Shown: piece by piece, positions 1 through 7,739 of the stretch
How the letters are laid out: every line of letters begins with the position of its first letter
Position numbering within the stretch: the first letter of the stretch is position 1
Assembly: GCA_036514455.1 (NCBI GenBank)
Contig: DATBXC010000097.1
Coordinates: forward strand, 1 to 42,251
DNA length: 42,251 nucleotides
Reading direction: 5' to 3'
DNA from: Thermoplasmata archaeon
GTDB taxonomy: Archaea; Thermoplasmatota; Thermoplasmata; RBG-16-68-12
Translations under genes and position numbers: made by a program
The notes under the pieces: model-generated
What the model was told of the DNA's origin: nothing
What the model saw: the letters and a program-made list of their open reading frames with translations, nothing else
The model's database searches: none

Positions 1-891
1 CAGGATGTCGGGCCGGTTCGTGGCGCCGATGATCTTCACGTTACCCAGGGGATTGAAGCCGTCCAGCTCCGCGAGCAGCTGCATCAGCGTGCGCTGGACC
101 TCCCGGTCCCCGCTCGTGGCGGCCTCGAGCCGCCTCGCGCCGATCGAGTCGAGCTCGTCGATGAACACGATGCTCGGCGCCTTCTCGCGGGCGAACTCGA
201 ACAGCTCGCGCACGAGCCGCGCGCCCTCGCCGATGTACTTCTGCACGAGCTCCGAACCGACGAACCGGATGAACTTCGCCTGGGTCCGGTTCGCGACGGC
301 CTTTGCGAGGAGGGTCTTGCCCGTGCCGGGCGGCCCCACGAGGAGCACGCCCTTCGGGGGCTCGATGCCCACCTTGCGATAGAGGTCCGGCTTGAGGAGT
401 GGGTCCTCCACGGCCTCCTTGAGCTCGAGGATCTGCGGTTCCAGCCCTCCGACGTCCTCATAGGTCACCTCGGGCTTGATGATGATCTCCGCGCCCGTCA
501 CGATCGGATCGTAGGACGGAGGCAGGACGCCCATGACCGCGAGGGTCTGCTTGTTCAGCGCGACCCGCGCGCCGACGATGAGGTTCTCCTTCGCGATGTA
601 GTCCGCCGCGTTCACGATGAAGTCAGGCCCGGTGCTCGACTTGACGACGACGCGGCCGTCCGCGAGGATGTCCCGGATGCTCCCGATGATGAGGGGCGGG
701 GCCTTCAGCCGGTCGAGCTCCGTCTTCAGCCGCTTGATCTCCTTCTGGAGGCGGAGGAGCTCGGTCTCGACGAAGCGCTTCTCGCCCTCGACCCGCTTCG
801 AACTCTCGAGGAGCTTGTCGTTCCGGTCCTCGAGGACGGCGATGCGCTCGGAGAGTTTTTCGTGGAATTCACGGATTTGGTCGTCGTCCAT
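1..891 (-). CDS. pan: Proteasome-activating nucleotidase (PAN, AAA+ ATPase); N-terminal 297 codons only, since the gene runs off the left edge
   Basis: Absent from the ORF track because it is edge-truncated. My own minus-strand translation from ATG (cat at 889-891) gives [28 protein letters not shown] (coiled coil). It continues with an OB-like segment ([24 protein letters not shown]), Walker [15 protein letters not shown] and Walker B IVFIDELD, and reaches GATNRPDIL at position 1. GC3 bias is strong. Confidence 0.9.
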   Translation of the reverse strand, partial: MDDDQIREFHEKLSERIAVLEDRNDKLLESSKRVEGEKRFVETELLRLQKEIKRLKTELDRLKAPPLIIGSIRDILADGRVVVKSSTGPDFIVNAADYIAKENLIVGARVALNKQTLAVMGVLPPSYDPIVTGAEIIIKPEVTYEDVGGLEPQILELKEAVEDPLLKPDLYRKVGIEPPKGVLLVGPPGTGKTLLAKAVANRTQAKFIRFVGSELVQKYIGEGARLVRELFEFAREKAPSIVFIDELDSIGARRLEAATSGDREVQRTLMQLLAELDGFNPLGNVKIIGATNRPDIL

Positions 892-920
892 CGGGTCCCA
901 CTAGGTCCAAGAAGCGCGGA

Positions 921-949
921 GGCTATATATTCGGCAGCTTTTATTTAGG
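921..949. promoter_or_regulatory. Bidirectional promoter island between pan and mbf1
   Basis: This is an AT-rich island (ggctatatattcggcagcttttatttagg) in otherwise GC-rich DNA. TATA-like ctatatat lies at 923-930, about 32-40 nt from the pan ATG. TATA-like cttttattta lies at 938-947, about 20-30 nt from the mbf1 ATG at 968. The spacing suggests short or absent leaders. Confidence 0.45.
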
Positions 950-967
950 CTTTGCTGGCCGGTTTCC

Positions 968-1459
968 ATGATTTGCGAACTTTGCGGCAAGGAGACGCCT
1001 CGCACCCGCACCGTCTCCATAGAGGGCTCCGTCCTGACCGTGTGCATGGGTTGCACGCGCTTCGGATCCGACGTCGCCGGACCCATCAGGGTCCGGCGCC
1101 CCGGCAACCCCGTCGTCGCCGAGCGGATCGAGCGCCGCGCGCGCCGGATGACGGAGCGCGACGTCTACTCGGCGCCCGCCACGGAGGAGCTCGTGGAGGA
1201 CTTCGGGGAGCGGATCCGCAAGGCCCGCGAGGCCCGCGGCTGGAAGCAGACGGACCTCGGCGCGAAGATCAACGAGAAGGCGAGCGTGATCGCGAAGCTC
1301 GAGGTCCGCGCGATGGTCCCCACGGACGCGATGGTCCCGAAGCTCGAGCGGGCCCTCGGGATCCGGCTCAAGGAGAAGGTGGAGCCTGTCGCGGTGAAGA
1401 AGCACACGGGCCCCGCGCCGGTCACCCTCGGCGACCTCGTCAGGATGGACGAGGAATGA
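968..1459 (+). CDS. mbf1: Archaeal multiprotein-bridging factor 1 (N-terminal zinc ribbon plus Cro/C1-type HTH)
   Basis: 163 aa. The N-terminus MICELCGKE...CMGCTRFG is a CxxC...CxxC ribbon. The C-terminal segment IRKAREARGWKQTDLGAKINEKASVIAKLE is a typical HTH_3 / MBF1 segment. Confidence 0.85.
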   Translation: MICELCGKETPRTRTVSIEGSVLTVCMGCTRFGSDVAGPIRVRRPGNPVVAERIERRARRMTERDVYSAPATEELVEDFGERIRKAREARGWKQTDLGAKINEKASVIAKLEVRAMVPTDAMVPKLERALGIRLKEKVEPVAVKKHTGPAPVTLGDLVRMDEE

Positions 1460-1731
1460 AGAATGCGCTGTTCTACGGCCTCCTCGTCCTGGTCGTTGTG
1501 ATTCTCGGGCTCCTCGCGTACGGGATCTACCTCAGCGTGACGCACGACACGGGCGTCGACGTCGTCGCCGCGACGTGCACGGGGTTCGTCCTGATCGGGT
1601 CGCTCCTCGCGTGGGAGATCCTGATGAAGCCGGGGTTCTGGCGGAAGCCGAGGCGGGAGGAGGAACCGGACCGGGAGCTTGCGAAGCCGGAGGACGCGCC
1701 GCGGGCGCGCAAGGAGCGGCGCTCACCCTAG
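1456..1731 (+). CDS. Small membrane protein (two predicted TM helices, charged C-terminal tail)
   Basis: The ATG at 1456 overlaps the mbf1 TGA (ATGA). The sequence is MKNALFYGLLVLVVVILGLLAYGIYL...VVAATCTGFVLIGSLLAWEIL followed by a KR/E-rich tail. It is the in-frame 3' part of track ORF 952..1731, whose upstream part reads as Arg/Pro-rich off-frame text. Confidence 0.55.
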   Translation: MKNALFYGLLVLVVVILGLLAYGIYLSVTHDTGVDVVAATCTGFVLIGSLLAWEILMKPGFWRKPRREEEPDRELAKPEDAPRARKERRSP

Positions 1732-2187
1732 CCGCTTCGCGACCGCGTCCCGCACCGGGTCGATCAGGTCCGAGATGTCCACCCCGAGCCCGCGCGCGTA
1801 CACGAGGGCCGCGACCTCGACGGCCACGTCCATCCGCTCCTGCACTGCGTTGATCCCCGCGACGGCGACCCGCCGGTCGATTCCCGCGCGCTCGACGACC
1901 CGGTCCAGGGCCGCGCGGAACAGGTCCTGCGCGGCAGGCGCGGCCTCCAGGACCCCCGGGGGCGGCCGGAAGTCCATGGGGACCTCCACCGCGGCGACGT
2001 CGAACGCGAGATACAAGCGTCCGTCCCGCATCTCCACGAGCTTCAAGTCCCGCGCGACCCGCAGGAGCCGCTGGGCCTCCGTGGGCTTGAACCAGCTCAG
2101 CCGGTACGACGCGAACTGGACGAACTCCTTCTCGCTCAGGGGCCGCCCGCCCTCGAGGCGGAACAGGAACGCGAGGGCCCGCTTCAC
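1723..2187 (-). CDS. Archaea-specific conserved protein, DUF2240-like
   Basis: This is track ORF 1723..2211. I prefer the GTG at 2187, which overlaps the upstream TGA (GTGA), the pattern used repeatedly in this window. The N-terminus KRALAFLFRLEGGRPLSEKEFVQFASYRLSWFKPTEAQRLLRVA resembles my recollection of the DUF2240 N-terminal pattern. The family assignment is from memory only. Confidence 0.5.
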   Translation of the reverse strand: MKRALAFLFRLEGGRPLSEKEFVQFASYRLSWFKPTEAQRLLRVARDLKLVEMRDGRLYLAFDVAAVEVPMDFRPPPGVLEAAPAAQDLFRAALDRVVERAGIDRRVAVAGINAVQERMDVAVEVAALVYARGLGVDISDLIDPVRDAVAKRLG

Positions 2188-2804
2188 GTCTTCCGCGGCA
2201 CCACCTCCCACAGGTCCACGATCGCGCCCGTCCCGTCGGGCAGTGAGCCCGCCTCACTTTGCGGGAGAAGGCCCGCGAACAGCGTGAGGCCCGGAGGCGG
2301 GGATTCTAGGACGCCCCGCGGCACGCGGCCCGCCTCGTCGACGAGGAGCGCGGTGTCGATGTCCATCCCCCGCCATCGCGCGAGCAGATCGGCCGGAGGG
2401 ATCGCACGGATTTCATCCGCCGCCCACACCTCGCCGTCCACGAAGTCCAAGAGCGGGACGACGTTCTCCGAGAGCTCGCGCGCCTCGTCGAGTTCGGAGA
2501 GGCTCCGGAGGGTCTTCGTGCCGACGACCGCGCGCTCCGCGCCCGCGACGAGCACGTCGACCGCGCCCTCCGCGTGCCGCACGCCCGCGTCCACCCACAC
2601 GGGCTCGCCCTCGAAGTGCCGGACAAGGCCCAGGTTCGGCCGGTTCCTCTCGATGCCGTCCAGGTCCCAGACTAATACCCTCCCGAACGCCTCCAGGGCG
2701 CGGTCGAGGCCGTCCACGGTCTCCTCCCGGGGGACGGTCCCGTCCCAGGAAAGAGACGTGTTGCCCCGAATCACGAGGCGGGGCAGGAGCGCGGGCTCTC
2801 CCAT
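2184..2804 (-). CDS. HisA/HisF-related TIM-barrel protein (archaeal COG1411-like, uncharacterised)
   Basis: Track ORF 2184..3011 trimmed to the ATG at 2804 (MGEPALLPRLVIRG...). VLVWDLDGIERNRPNLGLV and VDVLVAGAERAVVGTKTL resemble the phosphate-binding and barrel strands of HisA-like proteins. TATA-like gttatatc lies at about 2830-2840 upstream on the minus strand. Confidence 0.5.
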   Translation of the reverse strand: MGEPALLPRLVIRGNTSLSWDGTVPREETVDGLDRALEAFGRVLVWDLDGIERNRPNLGLVRHFEGEPVWVDAGVRHAEGAVDVLVAGAERAVVGTKTLRSLSELDEARELSENVVPLLDFVDGEVWAADEIRAIPPADLLARWRGMDIDTALLVDEAGRVPRGVLESPPPGLTLFAGLLPQSEAGSLPDGTGAIVDLWEVVPRKT

Positions 2805-3083
2805 GGCGCCCGGGCACAGCCGGGCGGGCGATATAACGGATGTGGTGCGCGATCCGACACGGGAAGGTTTATGACGGACGGGGCGCATCGTCGTGACGCT
2901 CCAGAGGTAGGCCGCACCGAAACCGTGACGTGCGCCGCAAGCCCTGGAGACGGCGCCGATTGGGTCCTCCCTAGACCGCCCCGAGACGGGGCTTCCGTGA
3001 AAGGGAGACAACCCCGGCGTCTAACAATCCCCCGGCAAGGGTCAGGGCGCGAAGAGAGCGATGCTTTGCCATGAGGCGCACTG

Positions 3084-6000
3084 TTACTGCCGGGGGACAA
3101 CCCCGCTCCCTGCGGGAGTTGCCGCGCGCCGGCGGCGCGCCGTCCTGCGGACCAGCGGCACGACGATGATCATCGCCATCAGAGGGATCGTGAGGGCCTC
3201 GAACTCTGGAATGGGCACGGTGGCCCGGGAATCGGAGGCCCCGGGGTTCGCACCGTTGTAGTTGATCCGAACGGAGCCGCCCGCCTCGACCGTGATTTTG
3301 AACCGGATCCGCTCCGACGAGCTCAGGGTCTGGGCCGCGATCGAGCCCGTCGTGAACGTCACGTCGCTCCCGTACGTGTTGCTGTTCGTCGGGCCGTACA
3401 GGGTGAGGTAGCTCGTGCACGCCTCGTTCGAGCACTTGTCGATCTCGACGGAGTAGACGGGCGCGAACGTCACGGTCGCCTTCACGTGGCTGACGCGGAC
3501 CTCTCGAGTCGTCCCGTCGTTGTCGCGGACCCCCACTTGGAGTGCGTTGATGTCCGACAGCGTCCACGCGGAGCTGTCCGCAGGGTCCGTCGTCCACGTG
3601 TCGCTCCACACGGTGTAGGTTGCCAATGCGCAGTTCGTGCTCGTGCCGCCGACGCCCGTGGTGGTCCCGCTCTTCAGAATCACCCGCGCGTCCACAGCCG
3701 GGTTCGCGGTCTTCCGACACGACGCCTCGACGATTACGTTGACGATCGTCAGCGGCGAGGGGGCCGACGACCAGTCCGGGATGTTATAGAGTGAATCCGT
3801 CGCCACGCTCGCGTTCGAGACGATGTACGTCGTGTCCCCGTCGTTCGCGCTCTCGTCGACGCACTGGTACTCGTTCGCTTCCGTGCACCCGACCGCCGTC
3901 CACGCGTTTGCGTCCCCGTTAGCGCTCGGGGAGAAGCTCGTAGTGCCGTTCGAGACGCGGTCGATGTCCAGGATGACCTCCCAGATTCCTGCGACGGTGT
4001 CCGGCACGTCGAGCGGCGTGAACCAGCAGATCGACTGGGTCCCGGAGAAGGTCGTCGAGGTCGCGGAGGACCCCGCGGTCGTGCTCGCGGCGAGGTTCGT
4101 CGTGCACAGCGTCCCCGTCGTGGCCCCGCTCGTGAAGAACCACTTCTGGTTCCCGGCGATGTCGCGGGTGCCTGTCCGGATCGTGGGGCCTGCGGTCGGG
4201 TCGAAGGCCCCGGACCAGTCCCGGACCTCGAAGTACGCCTGCGAGTCGTTCTGGAACCCGCGCCCCGCCAAGTCGAAGGACAGCTCCACCTGCGCGTACG
4301 CCGAGGCCACGGGGATCGTCTCGAGAGGGGTCCAGGCCCATTGCAGCTGGCTCGCCCCGCCCGCGAATGCGCTTAGGCTTCGGGAGGCCGGCACGCCGTA
4401 CTTGCCCCGCACTTCCGCGAGGTAGTCCGCGCCGATCGCGTTGATTCGGAACCCCGTCGCCGTGGAGTTGTCCGCGTCGAAGAACACCCGGGCGACGTCC
4501 TCGCCGAGGACGACGGGCCGGAAGGACGGGCCGATGTACACGCTGACAAGCCGGTTCGCGTACGGGGCGGGGAACGTCGCGGGGATCGTCGTGTTCAACC
4601 AGTAATCGCTGCCCGTTGGGTAATCGAGGACCGTGTCGTTGTCGACGTCGTTCCCGGTCGCGACATCCGCGAGGCCGTCGTTGTTGAAGTCGAACCGGAG
4701 GTCGGGGTTCGGCAGGGCGAACTCGACGTCGTCCGGGACCGTGTCGCGGTCCGAGTCCGGCACGCCCGTCCCGGGAGCCGGCGCGGCGCCGTTCCGCGCG
4801 GGCACGACCGCGCCGTCGAGCGCCCGGCCCGCCACGCGCAGGTACGCGGACGCGCGCTGGGCGTTCATGGAGAACGCGTACTCCGTGACATCGAGGCGGG
4901 CGGGAAGCCCCGGGTTCCCGACCGGGTCCGTCCGGACCGTGGTCCATTCCGAGAACCCGCCGTCGACCGTGGCCGCGGCCGGCACGAATGCGAGGTGCCC
5001 GACGTCCCGCGCGGCCGGTGAGTGTGCCAGGGTGACCGCCGCGTCCCCCGCCACGACGTCGAGCGGCGCGTCGACCCGCGCGCCGAGCGTGTCCCCGTTC
5101 GCCGCGGTCACGTCCGCGACGACGAAGAGCCGGTCCGACTGGCCTGGGCCAAGGGACCGCGGGGTGAACTGGAACGCGATCCGGTTCGACATCGGGATCC
5201 GGTCTCCCAGGAGGCTCCCGTTCCCGTCGACGAGGTGGACCGCGGAGACGGACGTCGTCGGCGCGGTCCCTGTCAGGGTGACCGTCAGCGCGTCGTACGT
5301 GACGGGCCGGACCGCCCCGAGGAGGTCCAGCCGGAGGAGCTGGACGTTCGAACCGGAGAGGATCTCGGGCGCGACCGGCGTCTCGACGACCCGCAGGCTG
5401 CCCGCGGTCGTGCTGACGACGTAGTCCGCCTCGTCCTCGGAGCCGTCGTGCGCCTGGGCGTGGAGGAGGACGTCCATCGCCGGCCGGTCCGTCGCGAGCG
5501 ACAGCCAGTCGACCTGGGCCTCCGCGCTCGCGCCGGCGACCGCGGCAGGGATGGACGCGGCCTTGATCCAGCCGTTCCAGTCCTTCGGGTCGCGGTTCGT
5601 GTCCCACTCCCACAGCGTGCTCGCGTTCACCGCGCCGCCCCAGCCGGAGAGCTCGATGAGCCGGTCCGCGCCGTGGCCCCGGACCGCGTATCCGGTCGCG
5701 GGGTCGCGGTCCACGTCGATGAACGCGCGGAATGTGTCTACCGTGGGCGGGGACCCGCCGCCCGCGAGCGCGGTGCCGTTCACCTGGAAATAGAACGCGA
5801 GGTAGTCGAGGTTGTCCGCGACGCCGAAGCGGACGAGGTCGATGTTCGTCGCGACCCCCGCCCTGGGCGGGACGGAGGCGAGGGCCGCGGACCCCCAGTC
5901 CCCGAAGCTGCCGTCGATCGCGATCGGGTACGCTCGGGTCTGGAGCGAGGTCGGCCCCAGGAGCGGGAGCAGAAGGAGGACCACGCTGAGCAGCGGGATC

Positions 6001-7739
6001 ACGTACAGCTTCCACCGGTTCACCGACGTCTCCCGCCGGAACCGCGCGGAGCCGAGACCGTTCGTGAAGCCGTTGCCGTTCGTGAGGCCGTTCGTCATCC
6101 CGCGGCGCATCGAGGCGAGCCCGTTCACGAGCCCGTTCGTGAGCCCGTTCGTCCGGCCGCGCAACCCGTTCGTGATGCCGTTCGTCCGCCCCTTCAGGCC
6201 GTTCGTGAGCCCGTTCGTCCGGCCGCGCAACCCGTTCGTGAGCCCGTTCGTGCGACCCCGGAGCCCGTTCGTCAGGCCGTTCGTCCGGCCCTTCAGGCCG
6301 TTCGTGAGGCCGTTCGTCCTGCCCGTCGGGCCGCGCCGGGCCTCGCGGGCGAGCCCGTTCGTCATCCCCCGCCGTCCCGTCTCGGGGGCGGGCGCGGGCG
6401 GGCGCGACGGGACCACGCGGTCCGCGGGCCTCCGCTCCTCCGGGGCCCCGGTCTCGGGCTGGACCCGCATCTCCTCGCGGACCTTGTCCTGGATTGCGGC
6501 CTTCCCCAGGGAATCGAGCTCCTCCGCGAGGCCGACCTCCTCGATGAAGCGGGCCCCGCAGTTCGGGCACTCGTGCGCGTCGACGGGGACGGGGCCCTCG
6601 CACAGCGGACAGGGCACCGTGTCCCCCGTGCGGGCCTTCGCATCCTCCCGCATCGTGACGTCCTCCGCCTTGCGGCGGCTCTCCTGGGCGCCGCGGATGT
6701 CCCCGAGCCGGGCGGCCAGCTTCGCGCGTAGGACCCACAGGCCCGGGTACGTGTCAGAGACCCGCGCGAGGGCGTCGAGGGCCCCGATCGCACCCCGGTA
6801 GTCCTCCATCGCCGCGAGCGCGGACGCCTTCGCGAACAGCGCGTCCGTGTCGGACGGGTCGATCCGGATCCGCTCCTCCGCGATCCGGAGGATCATCTGC
6901 GCCCGGTTCGACGGGGCGGCGGGCGCCGGGGGCCCGGAGGCCCTGGATCGGGCGGAGGCGGGGGGCGTCGGAGGGGCGGCCCGCGTCGGGGCGGGCGTGG
7001 GCTCCGGGACGGACGCGCCAGGTCCCACGACGCGGATCCCCCGGTCCGCGAGGATGTGGAAGACGTGGAACTTCGCGTCCGGGACCGTGTCCTTCAGGCT
7101 GAGCACGCCGACCTTCCGGACGATCTCGTCCCCCTCCCGCCGGCGCTCGATCTCGATCACGCCGTCGAAGGGCTGGGAGACGCTCGACACGGTCGCCTCG
7201 TCGTGCATCTCCTTCTCCAGGAGGAACAGCGCCGTCACCCGGTGGCGGGAGAGCTTCGCCTTCGTCGACTGGGCGAACGCGTACACCTGGCCGACCTCGA
7301 ACGCTTGGAGGGCGGGGGACAGGATCTCCAGGACCGCGCGGCGGGTCGTGCCCGGCGCGAGGGCGGTGAGGGCGCGGCTGAGCGCGATCCCCACGTTCGT
7401 CAGGTCCACGGAGGCGCGGTACACGTGGTCCCGTTCCTCCACGCCCGCCACGCTCTCCTCCTGGTACGCGTGCCAGTCGACGACCTTCAGGCGGTTCCCC
7501 GCGATCGCCTCCTTCACGTTCACGCCGAGCTTCGCGAGGGACTCGAGGTACTGCTCCGGCGTCGTCGAGGAGACGACGACCACGACCGCGTCCCCGGCCC
7601 GCAGGCCCTCCGCGAGGAACTGGTGGCCGAACGTGTCCTTCTCGTTCCCCGACGGGCCGCGGAGCACGACGCTGACAGCCTCCGGGAGGCCGCCCCCGAC
7701 GAGCGGGTCGAACCCCTCGACGCCGGTCCGGACCCGCAT
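3084..7739 (-). CDS. Giant chimeric membrane protein (1551 aa): degenerate KaiC-like domain, Pro-rich linker, TPR-like helical region, zinc ribbon, GRTNGLTNGL repeats, TM helix, about 930-aa ectodomain, PEF-CTERM-like anchor
   Basis: Track ORF 3084..7901 trimmed to the ATG at 7739, which overlaps the upstream TGA (TGATG).
- N-terminus MRVRTGVEGFDPLVGGGLPEAVSVVLRGPSGNEKDTF is paralogous to the upstream KaiC-like gene.
- Zinc ribbon CPLCEGPVPVDAHECPNCG at 6558-6611.
- Repeats at 6055-6375.
- TM helix WKLYVIPLLSVVLLLLPLLGPTSL at 5943-6014.
- C-terminus VPIPEFEALTIPLMAMIIVVPLVRRTARRRR. Confidence 0.85.
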   Translation of the reverse strand: MRVRTGVEGFDPLVGGGLPEAVSVVLRGPSGNEKDTFGHQFLAEGLRAGDAVVVVVSSTTPEQYLESLAKLGVNVKEAIAGNRLKVVDWHAYQEESVAGVEERDHVYRASVDLTNVGIALSRALTALAPGTTRRAVLEILSPALQAFEVGQVYAFAQSTKAKLSRHRVTALFLLEKEMHDEATVSSVSQPFDGVIEIERRREGDEIVRKVGVLSLKDTVPDAKFHVFHILADRGIRVVGPGASVPEPTPAPTRAAPPTPPASARSRASGPPAPAAPSNRAQMILRIAEERIRIDPSDTDALFAKASALAAMEDYRGAIGALDALARVSDTYPGLWVLRAKLAARLGDIRGAQESRRKAEDVTMREDAKARTGDTVPCPLCEGPVPVDAHECPNCGARFIEEVGLAEELDSLGKAAIQDKVREEMRVQPETGAPEERRPADRVVPSRPPAPAPETGRRGMTNGLAREARRGPTGRTNGLTNGLKGRTNGLTNGLRGRTNGLTNGLRGRTNGLTNGLKGRTNGITNGLRGRTNGLTNGLVNGLASMRRGMTNGLTNGNGFTNGLGSARFRRETSVNRWKLYVIPLLSVVLLLLPLLGPTSLQTRAYPIAIDGSFGDWGSAALASVPPRAGVATNIDLVRFGVADNLDYLAFYFQVNGTALAGGGSPPTVDTFRAFIDVDRDPATGYAVRGHGADRLIELSGWGGAVNASTLWEWDTNRDPKDWNGWIKAASIPAAVAGASAEAQVDWLSLATDRPAMDVLLHAQAHDGSEDEADYVVSTTAGSLRVVETPVAPEILSGSNVQLLRLDLLGAVRPVTYDALTVTLTGTAPTTSVSAVHLVDGNGSLLGDRIPMSNRIAFQFTPRSLGPGQSDRLFVVADVTAANGDTLGARVDAPLDVVAGDAAVTLAHSPAARDVGHLAFVPAAATVDGGFSEWTTVRTDPVGNPGLPARLDVTEYAFSMNAQRASAYLRVAGRALDGAVVPARNGAAPAPGTGVPDSDRDTVPDDVEFALPNPDLRFDFNNDGLADVATGNDVDNDTVLDYPTGSDYWLNTTIPATFPAPYANRLVSVYIGPSFRPVVLGEDVARVFFDADNSTATGFRINAIGADYLAEVRGKYGVPASRSLSAFAGGASQLQWAWTPLETIPVASAYAQVELSFDLAGRGFQNDSQAYFEVRDWSGAFDPTAGPTIRTGTRDIAGNQKWFFTSGATTGTLCTTNLAASTTAGSSATSTTFSGTQSICWFTPLDVPDTVAGIWEVILDIDRVSNGTTSFSPSANGDANAWTAVGCTEANEYQCVDESANDGDTTYIVSNASVATDSLYNIPDWSSAPSPLTIVNVIVEASCRKTANPAVDARVILKSGTTTGVGGTSTNCALATYTVWSDTWTTDPADSSAWTLSDINALQVGVRDNDGTTREVRVSHVKATVTFAPVYSVEIDKCSNEACTSYLTLYGPTNSNTYGSDVTFTTGSIAAQTLSSSERIRFKITVEAGGSVRINYNGANPGASDSRATVPIPEFEALTIPLMAMIIVVPLVRRTARRRRAATPAGSGVVPRQ
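6055..6375 (-). repeat. In-frame tandem repeat, 33-nt / 11-aa unit (GRTNGLTNGL[KR]), about 6 regular units plus degenerate TNGL copies on both sides
   Basis: The protein reads GMTNGLAREARRGPTGRTNGLTNGLKGRTNGLTNGLRGRTNGLTNGLRGRTNGLTNGLKGRTNGITNGLRGRTNGLTNGLVNGLASMRRGMTNGLTNGNGFTNGLGS. On the plus strand, ccgttcgt recurs with 12-21 nt spacing. Confidence 0.95.

Noticed and set aside
2871-3074. 67-aa plus-strand ORF in the gap downstream of the giant gene
   Set aside because: Its codon third positions are frequently A or T, which is atypical for this genome. It has no motifs. I treat the region as non-coding and possibly structured RNA.
6055-6375. Regular 33-nt periodic repeat that could be mistaken for a CRISPR-like array
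   Set aside because: The units are contiguous with no unique spacers. They are in frame within a long CDS and translate to a coherent GRTNGLTNGL peptide repeat.
3919-6738. 939-aa minus-strand ORF, together with the plus-strand ORFs 5022..6731 and 5812..6801, inside the giant gene
   Set aside because: These are alternative frames of the 3084..7739 CDS. Their translations are dominated by Arg, Pro, Gly and Asp runs. The chosen frame has recognisable domains, TM helices and the genome's GC3 bias.
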